A DNA stretch of 64,000 nt from Basidiobolus meristosporus CBS 931.73 (taxonomy: Eukaryota; Fungi; Basidiobolomycota), in the NCBI GenBank assembly GCA_002104905.1, contig MCFE01000418.1, forward strand, positions 14,268 through 78,267, given 5' to 3'. Positions 40,243 through 53,014 of the stretch are shown here, one piece after another (the first letter of the stretch is position 1; the number at the start of each line of letters is the position of its first letter). The translations under genes were made by a program, and so were the position numbers. The notes below the pieces were generated by a model. The model made no database searches. It saw only the letters and a program-made list of their open reading frames with translations, and had not been told where the DNA came from.

Positions 40243-40444
40243 CCTGTCACCAAGCTTTCGATCGTTGGAAAAGGGGGATTTTCTTGGAGTTGCCGCACAA
40301 TTTATTATACAATCCCCACGTGGAATGGGCACTCTCACCGATGAATTAGATTCTCGACCCCTGTATTCCATCGGATGCTAGCCCAATCAGAATCATTTGG
40401 AGATCTCAAGGAATGATGTGGTGAACGCTCTCCAATCTACGCCC

Positions 40445-40828
40445 TTATGCTTGGTGTAGAGTGATCAACCGCAACATCTCCCCTCCAAGCTTGCAGTTGC
40501 TGAACTTGATGGTTTCTGGCTTGCAGTAGAGCATGCTAGCTCCAATGATCTTCCTCCACATGTCCTGCGAGCAGCCAGAGTTAGGCTCTATCATGGAAAA
40601 CTGGTTCCAGCCGCCCTGGTTCAGCCCGATATAGTCGGCGGCTTGGTGCAGTCGTTCCATATCTTCCTTACTACCTGGCAGGCAGGATACATAACATTCC
40701 TGGTATCTACCTGTGATAGGTCGGCAACTACCACTGAACTCAAAGGTTAAGTTAGCCACACTGATGTAGGCACTCATTAGTAGTATACTAAGTCTAAGCC
40801 CAAGCCTAAGCCAGATTCTCTTGTGCAT
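40445..40828 (-). CDS. Small putatively secreted Cys-containing protein (127 aa)
   Basis: Basic then hydrophobic N-terminus, 6 Cys, single exon, TATAAAT upstream (~40866). Confidence 0.55.
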   Translation of the reverse strand: MHKRIWLRLGLRLSILLMSAYISVANLTFEFSGSCRPITGRYQECYVSCLPGSKEDMERLHQAADYIGLNQGGWNQFSMIEPNSGCSQDMWRKIIGASMLYCKPETIKFSNCKLGGEMLRLITLHQA

Positions 40829-41430
40829 TCTCCTCGCAACCTGCTCCTCACCGGCCCTCGTCTCATTTATAGTACCGGCAGTTCAAACACAGTCAGGACA
40901 ATGTTTCCGAGTATCAGACCAGGCATATTGGATGTTTGAGCTGATACTGCTAAATTTATGTCGGAGTGTTGTTACAGGTATGTTCACTTGATTATTGCTA
41001 AATATAGCGATGTGTTTGGTTCTAAATTGTGATTCTGTATATACTCCAAACAAAATATATCACCAGATAACAGTTTAGAATAACTTCCCTATATATTCAT
41101 AAATAAGCTGGAATAATAATTGCTACTTGCAGCCACTGAACTCCATTGATATGTTGTGTGGGAGAAAGGTAACAATTTGTTGATTTTGGCATTTGCAGTA
41201 ACAACATACTTGTCTTCTGTAGCCAGAATTCTTGGAGCTAAGGAAAATTGTTTCCTTGCTGGTTGATCCATTATTAAAACAAAGCCCATTGTGAATCTGT
41301 TCTACTGAACAGTGAATCTACTGATAATTGTTGTTTAAAGTGTATCCTTTTGTGATATAAATCAACAACTGAGCCATAACAAGCATTGTAAGCCCAAGTT
41401 GTTATACATTTTGTAATTACACCTAAGTAT

Positions 41431-42850
41431 TGTTGTAATAATTTTGGAGATATTCAAAGTGATTGGGAGAACAGGTAGATTATGTGGTTTTCACTTAATA
41501 ATTCATTAAATGTAAAAGTAGTATTTATACTTTTACATGCTCTTGGCATTATAACTATGTTAAATAGGCTACAGAAGATCCCAAAAACATGTGTGCAAAG
41601 TTTGGGGCTGTTTGGACAACTTTGAGAATTTTTATGTTCTGCATATATATTCTAAGTAAATTCCAACAAGGAATTTGATCAATATTCCCTAGGATTGGAA
41701 GGTAATGACACAAGTCACCAAGTTAAATGAATATTTAGGTGGAATTACAAGTTTTACAATAAAATGATGTCTAAAATATATGTATGTATTGCTGACATCA
41801 AAAGCTAGATTTCTACCAAATTGAATACATCCTTGATGGTCTTGAAATAATGTAATTTTGTCTTTGGGCACAAGCTCGAATCTCTGAAGACCTTTCTTAG
41901 CCACCTTGCTTCTTTTGTAGCTTCACATATGGCCATATACTCTGCCTCTGTGATGAAAAGTGCTACAGTTAGCTGCTTGAATTTAATGAGATTGCTCATA
42001 TGCAGCAAAGAATGGTATATCCAACAGTGGATATTCTGTCTTCCAAGTTTTGTCCCTAATCTGCACCATGGTATCCCAAATAATCCTTCACAGAGTTGCT
42101 ATAAGTGCACTTTGAGCAGATATTAGTAGTTCCTTTAAAGTATCTAAGAACCTGCCTAACTGCTGCAGTATGATCAGAACAATAGTTCTGATTATGTTGG
42201 CTGGCAACTCCAACTGATTATGAGATATCTGAGCATGTGCCTAGTATGGTATACTTCACACCACCAGCAATTGACTGTTAAGAAAAGTTTGGGATGTCAG
42301 GTGATAACAAGCTCTCCTGACTTGGTTGAGTTTTGACCAAGTTAAGGTATGACTTCAACAGGATAGCTGTCAGTTTGCAGCCTTCCATTTGGTGCTTCTT
42401 AAGTATACTTGGAGCATACTTGAACTGGCTTAGGGTGATATTCTAGGTACTCATGTCTATGGAGAACTGTATCCCTAAGTAGTAACTGAGCTCTCCTAGA
42501 TTGTACATTCTGAACTCCTTACATATGCTGGTTTAGCCTCTTCCAACGTTTTTTGGTTTATGGAGGATACAATAAGATCATCGGCACACAAAGCTAATAG
42601 GAGTAGATTTGCTCTCTCTGACTTAAAATAGACACTATAGTCAGTAGTACTTCTTTGGAAACACAAGGAATCTAACTAGCAATCTATTTTGCAATTCCAA
42701 ACTCCTGATGATTGATTGAGACCACATAGAGACTTCTTGAGCTTGCAAATTAGATGAATATTATCTATGTCTACAAACCCATCAGGCTGGCTTATGTACA
42801 TGACCTGATCAAGTTCCCCATTCCAAGTTTCTCAAAATTGACAACTCTCA
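41431..42850 (-). mobile_element. Degenerate Copia fragment (LTR 41431-41761 + RT/RNase H remnant)
   Basis: The LTR is a diverged reverse copy of 46110-46458. Adjacent minus frames give ITEAEYMAICEATKEARWLRK and TLFQDHQGCIQ, matching the 3' pol of the 46-50 kb element. Confidence 0.85.
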
Positions 42851-44275
42851 ATATCTCTGTTGTTAGCTGATGGGCAGGCAAGCAAACAAAATCTCCAGGA
42901 GGAGACTAGGCCAACTAGCATCCATACCAAATTTGGTAATTAGCTGCCCATTACTTCCATCAAAAATTGCATTTGAAATTTTGAACCAAAAACACCAGCT
43001 GAATACCATCAAAATACCATTTTAAAACCAGCAGAATACCAGCTGAAAATTAGATGAGTTCCAAGTTTGAGATCTCTCATAGAGACAGGGATATCTTGAT
43101 CCTGTGAAGTGGTAACAAAAGCTACTAAAGCTCAAAATCAGGAAGCCAAATAAGAGTTTTAGATCTTTTGAGTAAAGGATCCACCCAATCTTAGTTTTTT
43201 ATGTAACAATGCACTGAGTTGAATGAAATTCCTCTTGAGAGAAGCAAAAGTTGCGGGGCATTGAGGGCATTGCATATTGTAAGTAATGCTTGTCTACTCA
43301 ACCTTTATTACAGCAAAAGTTTGGAAACTTGCTGTCAGGGAAAGGGGTATGGTCCTGTAAGTGACTTTTCCAAAGTGCAAGCAGGTGGTCAGGGGCCATA
43401 TTTTTGGGTGTTTCTGCTTTCAGTAACATTCTAGCTAGATCCACAACTAGAGGAGAGTTGGGCAGGATATGCCAACAGGAAGGCTTATGGTAGTGCTGCT
43501 GATAAAGCCATTGTTTAACTGTAAGGCTAGTGAGCTGTTGGGGCTTTGCAAGGAAGGAAGCTCTACAGAGTATTATGCTGAATTGATATATGTATATCCC
43601 AAAGTCTCTTTCAGTGAAAGTACATAAGGAGATTCAGGCAAATCATGGACTAGGGTCCTAATACACTGATTGAGGAACTTCTCTAAATGATGGAAATCAC
43701 AAGTTGAGAGAGAAAGGAGTTGGACACCAAGCTCAAATACTGGATATTGCACTCCTTCAGAAGCAGGGAGATTTTCTGGACTGGGGTAAACGTACTTACA
43801 GCAATGAGAAGCCTTTATGAAGCCTGCCTGGCAATGGTACTACACTTTGACAAGTGCAACTTTGCCTTGACACCATGATGATGCAGAGGAAAGCCAAGAT
43901 ATAGAGCACTTTACTTAGGCTCAATGAGGGGACCTTTGAGCAGTAACTGAGCAGCCTAGTGGGATTATCTTTGGGATGAAAAGGCTAGGATGCATTTCTG
44001 ACAAGTATGCTCATTGATGGCTGTATCTTATATAGGAGAAGCAGTAGATATGCTGATGTCATAAGTACAAAGAGTCAGTAGGCTCTGAGGGATGGCACAT
44101 ACTAGAAGTGGGAAATCATGTAAAAAGATGAAAAAGAGCAGGGGCCCTAGTACTGTCCATTAAGCCACACCACTGGGCACAAGATAGCACTCAGAGGAGT
44201 ATTTGGGGTGCAGGATGGAGGTAGCATTATGAGGGAACAATGAGCACATAAGCAGTGTCACAGCAGGAGAAGAGA

Positions 44276-46109
44276 CCCTATGAAAAATAATTTGGTTCCA
44301 CAGGTGGATCCAATTTGGATCAGCTGTCAGGATCTTGTTTGGAGACCACTATAATACCAACAGCTTGGAATTAGTGAATCTCTTGACAATCTTACAATGT
44401 GATCACAACAGTGTTTTGCTAATTTTACTGCCAAATGAAGTTATTAAACTTGACAGGGTTTAATTGGAGCTGTGACAATAATCATGTTGCATTGTTGCAG
44501 TCTCAATGCACTCTACAACCAATTTAAATGGATCTAACTGGCCAGGTCATCCAATTTCCTTATATGGCAAAAAACTTGACAGTATTTTGATGGCCTCACA
44601 GTGAGTTTCTGATGGCATTATCATAGCTATATGGCAGCTTACAGCTAGTTCTGTATTTTGCTACTGTGCCAATTTACCAAATGGTATTTCCTTTATCTAC
44701 CTTTCCTTGTGCAATTCATATATCTCACTGTAGGATCACCCCTCTTTATTTGCTTACCCACTACTACCTTGGGTGTTCCACATATAGTTGAATCAAAAAA
44801 AACTATGGCCTCCTGCTTACTAACCTCTACAAATGCACACACCTGCCAAAATTGACATACTTCTATCACCTCAACTTTAAAGCTTTATAGTGTGATACTT
44901 GCATAGTTACCATATACCTTGTACTGCCAGTAACATTTACATCTTACAAACATATGCTTAGTTGTCACCACTTCTGCAATGAATACCTCCTGAATATCTG
45001 CAAAGAACTTCTTGGTATTTAGCCAATATATTCCTTCTCCCTGCTGGATTCTAGTCACCCTTATAGGTGTGCTCTAGCTTTTGCTTGTGTGAATTCCCTA
45101 TTGAATGGTGTAGAAGTTAACATGTGACCATGAAAAATGCGGCATACCTTGATAGAGCTTTCCTAATAGAAATTAGTTGCTTGTGGCACCCAACCCAACT
45201 TTGCATTACTTAACTGCTTACCCATGCATTGGGGCTGCTTAGCTTCTTTATGCCATAGACATAGGTGTCTCTATGTGCACATCTGTTCTCAGTACTTTCC
45301 AACTCTTCCTGGCTGTCCTCCATGTGCCAGCTCATTACATCCACAATGGACTTGAAGGTAATATTCATGATGAGATTGGGATATGGTAGTACCTGCAACT
45401 TGACTCATCTTCCATCTCTCCACGCATCTGCTCCATAGGAAACTCCCAAAAGGTGAAGCAAGGCCCAATATTCTCCACACACCAAGCAAGACAGAGTAGA
45501 GAATGGATACAGTGGTGGCAGAGATCTACATGTTCAGCTTTATGTTTGTAGTATAGCTGCTCAAATCCTGTTACAACTCCTTGCACAGCAGCTGTAGATG
45601 TGTCAAGTAGGCATTGGTGATCTGCTTCTGAATAAATATTCCTAAAATGTCCACATTTGACTCCCAATGCTTCCAGTGTACTCTTGGTAGGAGTGGCTTT
45701 AGAACACAACTTGAATAAATACACATCCAGTTCATCCAATCTTTACATTTGTATTATTGCATATGCATATAAATATTGATTGGAGCCCAAGAGAGGTACT
45801 TAGGGTAGTGGATACTCTGTAATATCTTGTCAATTCTTTCAAATTTCCCTGGTATCTCAAAGGGCTCATTTAGCTTGAAATGGCCCATGTACTACTTGGT
45901 CATCAGTATAGGTATATTGTAGAAAAGCAAACACATTGCACTCAGTGGAAAGCTTTTCCTCCAATAGATACCTTCTATCTTACATATCTCTGGTTTCTAA
46001 TTGATTCCATATTCCAGCCAATGGCTTATAGCTTGTCAACTTTGCTGCAATTGCATGCTGACTTCTGTACATTCTCTCTGTGGGAAGATGATGTTCTCAG
46101 CGTTGGTAT
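44276..46109 (-). mobile_element. CACTA/EnSpm remnant, copy 3 (3' half, inverted), cut by the Copia insertion
   Basis: Starts CCCTATGAAAA (reverse of the terminus of copies 1 and 2). Minus frames give CVENIGPCFTFWEFPMEQM. Confidence 0.8.
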
Positions 46110-49100
46110 TGTTGTAAAGATTCGTAATTCCACCTAAATATTCACCTAACTTAGTCACTTAGATCATCACCTTCAAATCCTAGAGAATACTGACCAAATT
46201 CCTTGTCGGGATTTACTTTGAATATTTTCACCAAAATACCAGGTACCCAGAACATGAAAATTTGATAAGTTGTCCAAACAGCCCCAAACTTTGCACACAT
46301 GTTCTTGGGACCTTCCTTAACCTATTCTACGTGTTTGTAATGTCAAGATCAGGTAAAAGTATAAATACTACTTTTACATTCAATATATCATTAAGTGAAA
46401 ACCACATAATCTACTTGTTCTCCCAATCACTTCCAATATCTCCAAGACTCTTACAACAGGTTATGAGCCCCAAGCTGTCACTCTCTGCAATGTCTACTAC
46501 TGCTATTACTGGAATTTTTCCCTCTGCTGAAAAGTTGGATGGATCTAACTACCAAGTGTGGAAGGTGAAGATGAAGATGCTGCTACAAGAAAGAGGCCTT
46601 TGGGATATTGTCATGGGAGAAGAATGCCCTCCTAAAAACGTGGGAGAGGAAGCCTTAAAGTACCAGAAGAAAGAACAAAGTGCCTTTAACTGCATTTGCC
46701 TTAATGTCAAGGACAAATTGCTAATTCAATGCTCAAGAGCAAAAACGGCAAAGAATGCCTGGAAGGCACTAGAAGACACCTACCAATCATGTTCAGCTGC
46801 CAAGAAAATGTATCTGAGAAGAAAATTCTTTACTACAAAGATGCTGCCAGGAGAAGAAATGAGAAATCTAATTAACAGAATTACCCTGCTGGTAGATGAG
46901 ATGGAATCTGTGGGCGTACCAACTCCTGATGAGGATGTGATAGTTACCATCCTGAATAGCCTGACAGACAAGTTTCAGGGCCTTGTATTAGCCCTAGAGT
47001 CCAGAACTGAAGATTTGACCTTAAATTACGTATATGGAAGGCTCCTGGATGAAGAATTAAGAAAATCAAGCGCCAATAAGAAGGAAGAAGAAAATGCTTT
47101 AATAAGCAATGATAACCAACAAAGGAGGTACCCAAGACCCTACAAAGGCAACAGCAACCTATTTTGCAACTACTGCAAAAGGAAAGAACACACATCAGAC
47201 TGGTGTTTCACAAAGAGAGATTATCAGCAAAAGAAGCCTGAATATGGAAATGCTGCAACAACTGAAGATAGACTATTCATATCTGCACTAAATATGACCA
47301 CAAACAAGGATTCTCAGACGTGGTATATTGACTCTGGAGCTTCTCAACACTTTACACACCAAAAAAAACTTTTTACCCAATATCATGAAATTCCAATTAA
47401 GAAGGTTTTCATGGGTGACGATAGAACACTTGATGCAGTGGGAGAAGGAACTATCCAAGTAAACCTTAGAAGCAGTGAAGGAAGCCTTACACTGACCTTT
47501 AAAGAAGTACTCTATGTACCAGAAATAGCCAAGAACCTACTCTCTGTAAGCAAGGCCACAGCAGAAGGACTCAGTTTCAGTTTTGACAATTCTGGATGCA
47601 GGATCACTGATCAAAATGGTGCTCATATTGCTTTGGGCATCAGAGATCAGAATCTATACAAGTTGACTTATATTCCATCATATCTGGAAGCCAATATAAG
47701 TAACTTAAATGAAGAAACACCAATGCTTTGGCACAGGAGATTTGGACACATCAATTTTGATTATTTGCGTAAAATGATCAAAGATCAGCTAATTTCTTGA
47801 GTGAAAATTGATCCCCCAGCTATTTTGGAGCACTGTGAAGCCTGCATATATGGGAAACAAGTCAGACAACCATTCAAGAGCTCTGGGTTAATCAAAACTA
47901 AGAAAAAATTAGATCTAATTCACTCAGATCTGTGTGGACCTATGCAAAATTTATCCTTAGGCAGGATGAAGTATTTAATCACTTTTATTGATGATTATAC
48001 AAGATACACATGGGTCTACTTCATGGAGAGAAAGGAAGAAGCTCTGTCTAAGTTCAGGGAGTTTAAAGCCATGGTGGAGAGAGAAACTGGGGAAAAAATC
48101 AAGAAAATACGCTCTGACAATGGTGGAGAATATACCTCAAAACTCTTCATCCACTTCTGCAAAATTCATGGGATAAAGCAAGAGACTACTGTACCATACT
48201 CCCCACAGCAAAATGGAGTAGCAGAACGAGCTAACAGATCAATAATTGATATGGCAAGATCTATGATCCATGATCAAAAATTATCCTATGATTTTTGGGC
48301 GGAATCAGTTGCCACTGCTGTATATCTTAAAAATAGGAGTTATAACAGAATACTTCGTGATTCTACTCCATTTGAAGCATGGTATGGATACAGACCAAGT
48401 GCAGAACATCTAAGAATATTTGGGTGTACAGCATATGCCAAAAAACTGGCCGGAAATCAGTCAAAATTTGAGCCAAAAAGTGTAAAATGCATATTTTTGG
48501 GCTACTGCAATGAGAGTAAGGCATACAGACTCTACAATACCAAAGCAAAGAAGCTGATCAAGTCCAGGGATGTGTTGTTTGATGAAAATTCAAAATTTTC
48601 ACAAAAAATGACATCAGATGATGACAAAAATTTGATCTCAAGTCCACCAATTGTCAGGATTGAATCAGAGCAAAACAATGAAAATTTTTTCACTCCAGAG
48701 GACTCTACAACCGTGGTTCAGCCAGAATCAGTGCCCAGGAATATCCCAGAAGTGATCATTCCAGTATTAAATGCCCGGAGATCCAATCGGACAAGAAATA
48801 GCCCAAATTGCTATATCAATGAGGGTACAAACTTAGCCTATGCCTATTCAGTCCATATTGATGAACCCCAGACTGTAAAAGAGGCCCTAAATAGCCCTCA
48901 GACGAAGTTTTGGAGATCTGCAATGACTGAGGAATATCAGGCCCTGATGGAAAATCAAACTTGGGACTTAGTCAAATTACCAATCAACCGAAAATCAATT
49001 GGATGCAGATGGGTCTTTAAGACAAAATACAAGGCTGATGGTACAATTGAAAGATACAAAGCAAGACTTGTAGCCAAAGGATACTCTCAAACAAAAGGAC

Positions 49101-50793
49101 TTGACTATACTGAGACCTTTGCACCGGTAGCCAAGTTTAGTTCCATCAGATTAATATTGGCTATTGCAGCCAAATATAAGTTTTTTATTCATCAAATGGA
49201 TGTAAAAACTGCATTTTTGAATGGAGAACTTGATGAGGACGTGTATATGGACCAGCCTGATGGGTTGGTTGACCAAAATAACCCCCATTTGGTCTGCAAG
49301 CTTAAAAAGCCACTATATGGTCTCAAACAATCACCAAGAGCCTGGAATTGCAAGATAGATTCTTATTTGGAATTGTTGAGTTTCAAAAGGAGTAATGCTG
49401 ACTATAGTATATACTATAAGCCAGATAGAGCAAATCCAGTTCTATTAGCTCTATATGTGGATGATCTTATTATAGCCACCAATAACCTAGAAACACTGGA
49501 AGAGACTAAATCCAGCCTATCTAAGGAGTTCAAGATGTCTGATTTAGGAGAACTTAGTTACTACTTAGGGATTAAGTTCTCCATAGACAGAAGCACCCAG
49601 ACTATTACCCTAAGCCAATCCAAGTATATTCAAGATATACTAAAGAAGTACAAAATGGAAGACTGTAAACCGACAGCTACCCCAATGGAGACAAACCTTA
49701 ACTTGGTCAAAACTCAACCAAATCAAGAGAGCTTGGTGCCATCTGAAAGCCCTGACTTTCCTTATCAATCTATGGTCGGCAGTCTGATGTATATCATGCT
49801 TGGAACACGTCCAGATATCTCATATTCAGTGGGAGTTGTCAGCCAACATAATCAGAACTATGGATCTGATCATATTGCAGCAGTTAAGCGGATTTTTAGA
49901 TACCTAAAAGGAACTGCTGATATTTGCTTAAGATACACTTATAAGGACTCAGAACAAGATCATGTGGGATACTCTGATGCAGATTGGGGACGAAATTTGG
50001 AAGACAGAAGATCCACCACAGGATACACCTTTCTTTACTGTAAAGGAGCAATTTCATGGAATTCAAGAAAGCAACCAACCGTAGCACTTTCTACTACAGA
50101 GGCAGAGTATATGGCAGCCTGTGAAGCTACAAAAGAAGCAATGTGGTTAAGAAAGCTCTTTACAGATTTAGGCCTATGTCAAAAAACGCCTATTACTTTA
50201 TTTCAAGATAATCAAGGATGTATACAATTAGGTAGAAATCCAACTTTTCATGCTAGAACCAAGCACATAGATATTAGACATCATTTCATACGTGAAGCTA
50301 TAGAGAATAACTTAGTTAGCTTAGCTTACTGTCCTACAGATGAAATGATTGCAGACATATTTACCAAACCATTAGCTAGAGACAAGTTTGAATATCTTAG
50401 GTCAAAATTAGGATTAGTCAGTATGAACATTTAGCTGAGTGGGAGTGTTGTAAAAATTTGTAATTCCACCTAAATATTCACCTAACTTAGTCACTTAGAT
50501 CATCACCTTCAAATCCTAGAGAATACTGACCAAATTCCTTGTCGGGATTTACTTTGAATATTTTCACCAAAATACCAGGTACCCAGAACATAAAAATTCT
50601 CAAAGTTGTCCAAACAGCCCAAACTTTGCACACATGTTCTTGGGACCTTCCTTAACCTATTCTACGTGTTTGTAATGCCAAGACCAGGTAAAAGTATAAA
50701 TACTACTTTTACATTCAATAAATCATTAAGTGAAAACCACATAATCTACTTGTTCTCCCAATCACTTCCAATATCTCCAAGACTCTTACAACA
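46110..50793 (+). mobile_element. Near-intact Ty1/Copia LTR retrotransposon
   Basis: LTRs 46110-46458 and 50446-50793 (TGTTGTA...TACAACA); GGTTATGAGCCC after the 5' LTR; PPT TGAGTGGGAG before the 3' LTR. No matching TSD. Confidence 0.97.
46463..50434 (+). CDS. Copia gag-pol polyprotein with one in-frame TGA at 47798-47800
   Basis: KLDGSNYQVW, CNYCKRKEHTSDWC, WYIDSGAS, LWHRRFGH, HSDLCGP, RSDNGGEY, QNGVAER, YVDDL, YSDADW and RTKHIDIRHHFIRE. Confidence 0.93.
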
Positions 50794-50989
50794 AGAACAT
50801 GTGTGCAAAGTTTGGGGCTGTTTGGACAACTTTGAGAACTTTGATGTTCTGGGTACCTGATATTTTGGTGAAAATATTCCAAGTAAATTCCAACAAGGAA
50901 TTTGGCCAGTATTCTCTAGGATTTGAAGGTAATGATCTAAGTGACTAAGTTAGGTGAGTGTTTAGGTGGAATTACAAATTTCTACAACA
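50794..50989 (-). repeat. Inverted partial Copia LTR (first ~196 bp) abutting the 3' LTR, followed by a ~39-bp gag fragment (50990-51028)
   Basis: Reverse complement of LTR positions ~1-196. The next bases gaagaaaatgctttaataagcaataataaccaaca match gag 47087-47121 with 1 mismatch. Confidence 0.88.
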
Positions 50990-51058
50990 ATAAGAAGAAA
51001 ATGCTTTAATAAGCAATAATAACCAACATTTTCTTCCAACTTGACAGACTCACCGCCA

Positions 51059-51681
51059 ATGAGTCATTGTGCCCTGTCAAGAGAGAATTCCTGCACTTTC
51101 TCAATGCCCGAGTTCGGCTCCCATGTCTCCGGCGCCCCCTCTAGCACTGCCAATGTCAAGAATCTACTTTTGTACAAGACCGAGCTCTGCCGTTTGTACG
51201 AGGAGTCGGGGACCTGTTGCTACAGCGAGAAGTGCCAGTTCGCGCATGGGGTGGCTCAGCTCCGCGACGTCCCCCGACACCCGAAATACAAGGCGCAGAT
51301 CTGCCGCACGTTCTGGGAGCAGGGTAGCTGTCCATATGGTAAACGCTGCTGCTTCATTCACACCGCGGTTGAGTCGTCAACAGCCCAATGGAGCATACAA
51401 CACAAGTCAGGCCCAGCCCCTCGATGATGCCGATCCAGAAGCCCGTCGACAGCAGAGAGCACCTCCACGCGAGAGCAGCATTCGTGGATGGGATGGGCCT
51501 GCATTCAATCAAGCCCACTCGCAACATAATACTAGATGGCTCGTATTCCTCCGCCTCTCCCCAAGCCAAACCGCGAGTCAACAGCGTTCGGGACGGCGTA
51601 CGCGAGGACCTTGCCGGGTTCTTCTGGGCCTCCAGCATCGGCAAGCAAGGACGCCTCCAGGTTTTCCAGAATTTCAGTTGA
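51059..51681 (+). CDS. TTP/ZFP36 (TIS11/Zfs1/Cth-type) tandem CCCH zinc-finger protein, split across two frames
   Basis: YKTELC-x8-C-x5-C-x3-H and YKAQIC-x8-C-x5-C-x3-H. Frame 1 stops at 51427. A second frame ends [10 protein letters not shown], resembling the TTP C-terminal NOT1-binding motif. Confidence 0.85.
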
Positions 51682-51980
51682 ACGCTGTTCCCCCTCCCAA
51701 CTTCTCTAAAGACATAAAGGCGCCTTCCCAAGAGTCAATGCAATTATATTTTAACAGGTTTTAATTAAATTGAACATAGCTGGAAATGAATAGATAGCTA
51801 TACGCTGCATTTAGCTCAACCATTGGCTTTGGCACCAGATTATGCTTACATCAAACCTTAATTGACTCCAAAATGGCAAAGGATTTCTTGGAAGAATGGC
51901 CACACCCAATGAATTGATCATCTTTCTCGCGAGCGGCTTTGATAAAAAGACATACTCCACCTTCCCTCCCTTCATCCAAC

Positions 51981-52379
51981 ATGAAACTCCCCTCCTTCCT
52001 CCCGATTGCCAGCTTGTGCTCCATTTCGGTTATGGCTGAGTAGTCGATCCTTGACCTTCCCGAGGCCACCCGGGAGAGCGTTTGCACCAGACAGACTGCC
52101 TACTGCTCCAACAACTGTGGTGGCCCAACCAAGGCCCCCCAAAACTTCTGCAACGTCAAAACGATGGACTGGGGATGCGGCTGTTTATCCAAGGTCCCCG
52201 ACTTCCGCGAGTACAACTGGCCCGTTGCTGCCGAGGAGTGTAAAGCCAAGCGTACCAATTGCCAGGACAAGTGTAACTTCACGCCTGACGCATCCCACAA
52301 TCAATGTTATTCCGACTGCTCCACAAACTTCCAATGCGAAACCGTTGTCTGGTTTATTGATTGTTCTCTTGGGCCTTAA
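51981..52379 (+). pseudogene. Secreted Cys-rich protein with a nonsense codon (TAG 52041-52043)
   Basis: MKLPSFLPIASLCSISVMAE*SILD...C..Q..YCSNNCGG...NFCN..TMDWGCGC...C......CQDKC.........CYSDC...FQC, all in one frame apart from the TAG. Confidence 0.7.
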
Positions 52380-52749
52380 GTCTCTCCAGGCGTTCTTTGT
52401 TGCGTTTCAACAAAATGCGATAAACATTCTTTCGCTCTATCTCGGTCATTTCCTTCCAGTTGTCGATGCGGCTGATACTACCATCTTCGTTCACAACTAG
52501 GGGTGGTCTGGTTAATTTCACGGGAGCGCACACGGAGTAAACAGAGCTACTTACCGACTGGGCCGAGTTCATCAAGTCTAAAAGTGGTGCCTCCTTTGAC
52601 TGGATTGATGGGATCAGGTGCTGGCAAACCAAAGGTTGGCTTCTCGGAAAGCTCGTCCGTGTTTTGATCTACAGGTTTGTTGAGTAGTAGAGGAAGGGAC
52701 TCTACGAAACAGATTCAATGGGGTAGGTTTGCGTACTGGGCTTTATCAT
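52354..52749 (-). CDS. Small conserved fungal-type hypothetical protein, 3 exons
   Basis: Spliced reading FRLDELGPVV|VNEDGSISRIDNWKEMTEIERKNVYRILLKRNKERLERL with GT-AG introns. Start codon tentative. Confidence 0.7.
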
Positions 52750-53014
52750 GATTTTCTTCTAGCCGAGCATACCTACCTTTTCAAAAAAAAGAAAAGATTA
52801 ACAAGAAATTTCTAGAATATCCTGCGATCCTGGCTGTGACTAAATATTCTGGCCAGATTTCTCATAGCCATTTGCTTACTCAAGTGGCGATTTGTGGATT
52901 CCACTGATTGACATGGGATCTACAGTGCATAATTGACAGCGTTTGAGTGCAAAGTAAAATGGCTCACAATGGAGTTGCTACCGGTTTATTGGCTTACATC
53001 TACATTTCCTACTT

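Noticed and set aside
43700-44100. Possible decayed P-loop/Helitron helicase (SGLG*TY, IIWDE-like)
   Set aside because: Motifs are short, in different frames and interrupted by stops; not supportable without a profile search.
46262-46462. N-terminal extension of gag and the recurrent MSKQPKLCTHVLG ORFs (13242, 13548, 50606, 56830)
   Set aside because: These are incidental frames through the Copia LTR. The plausible gag start is the ATG at 46463.
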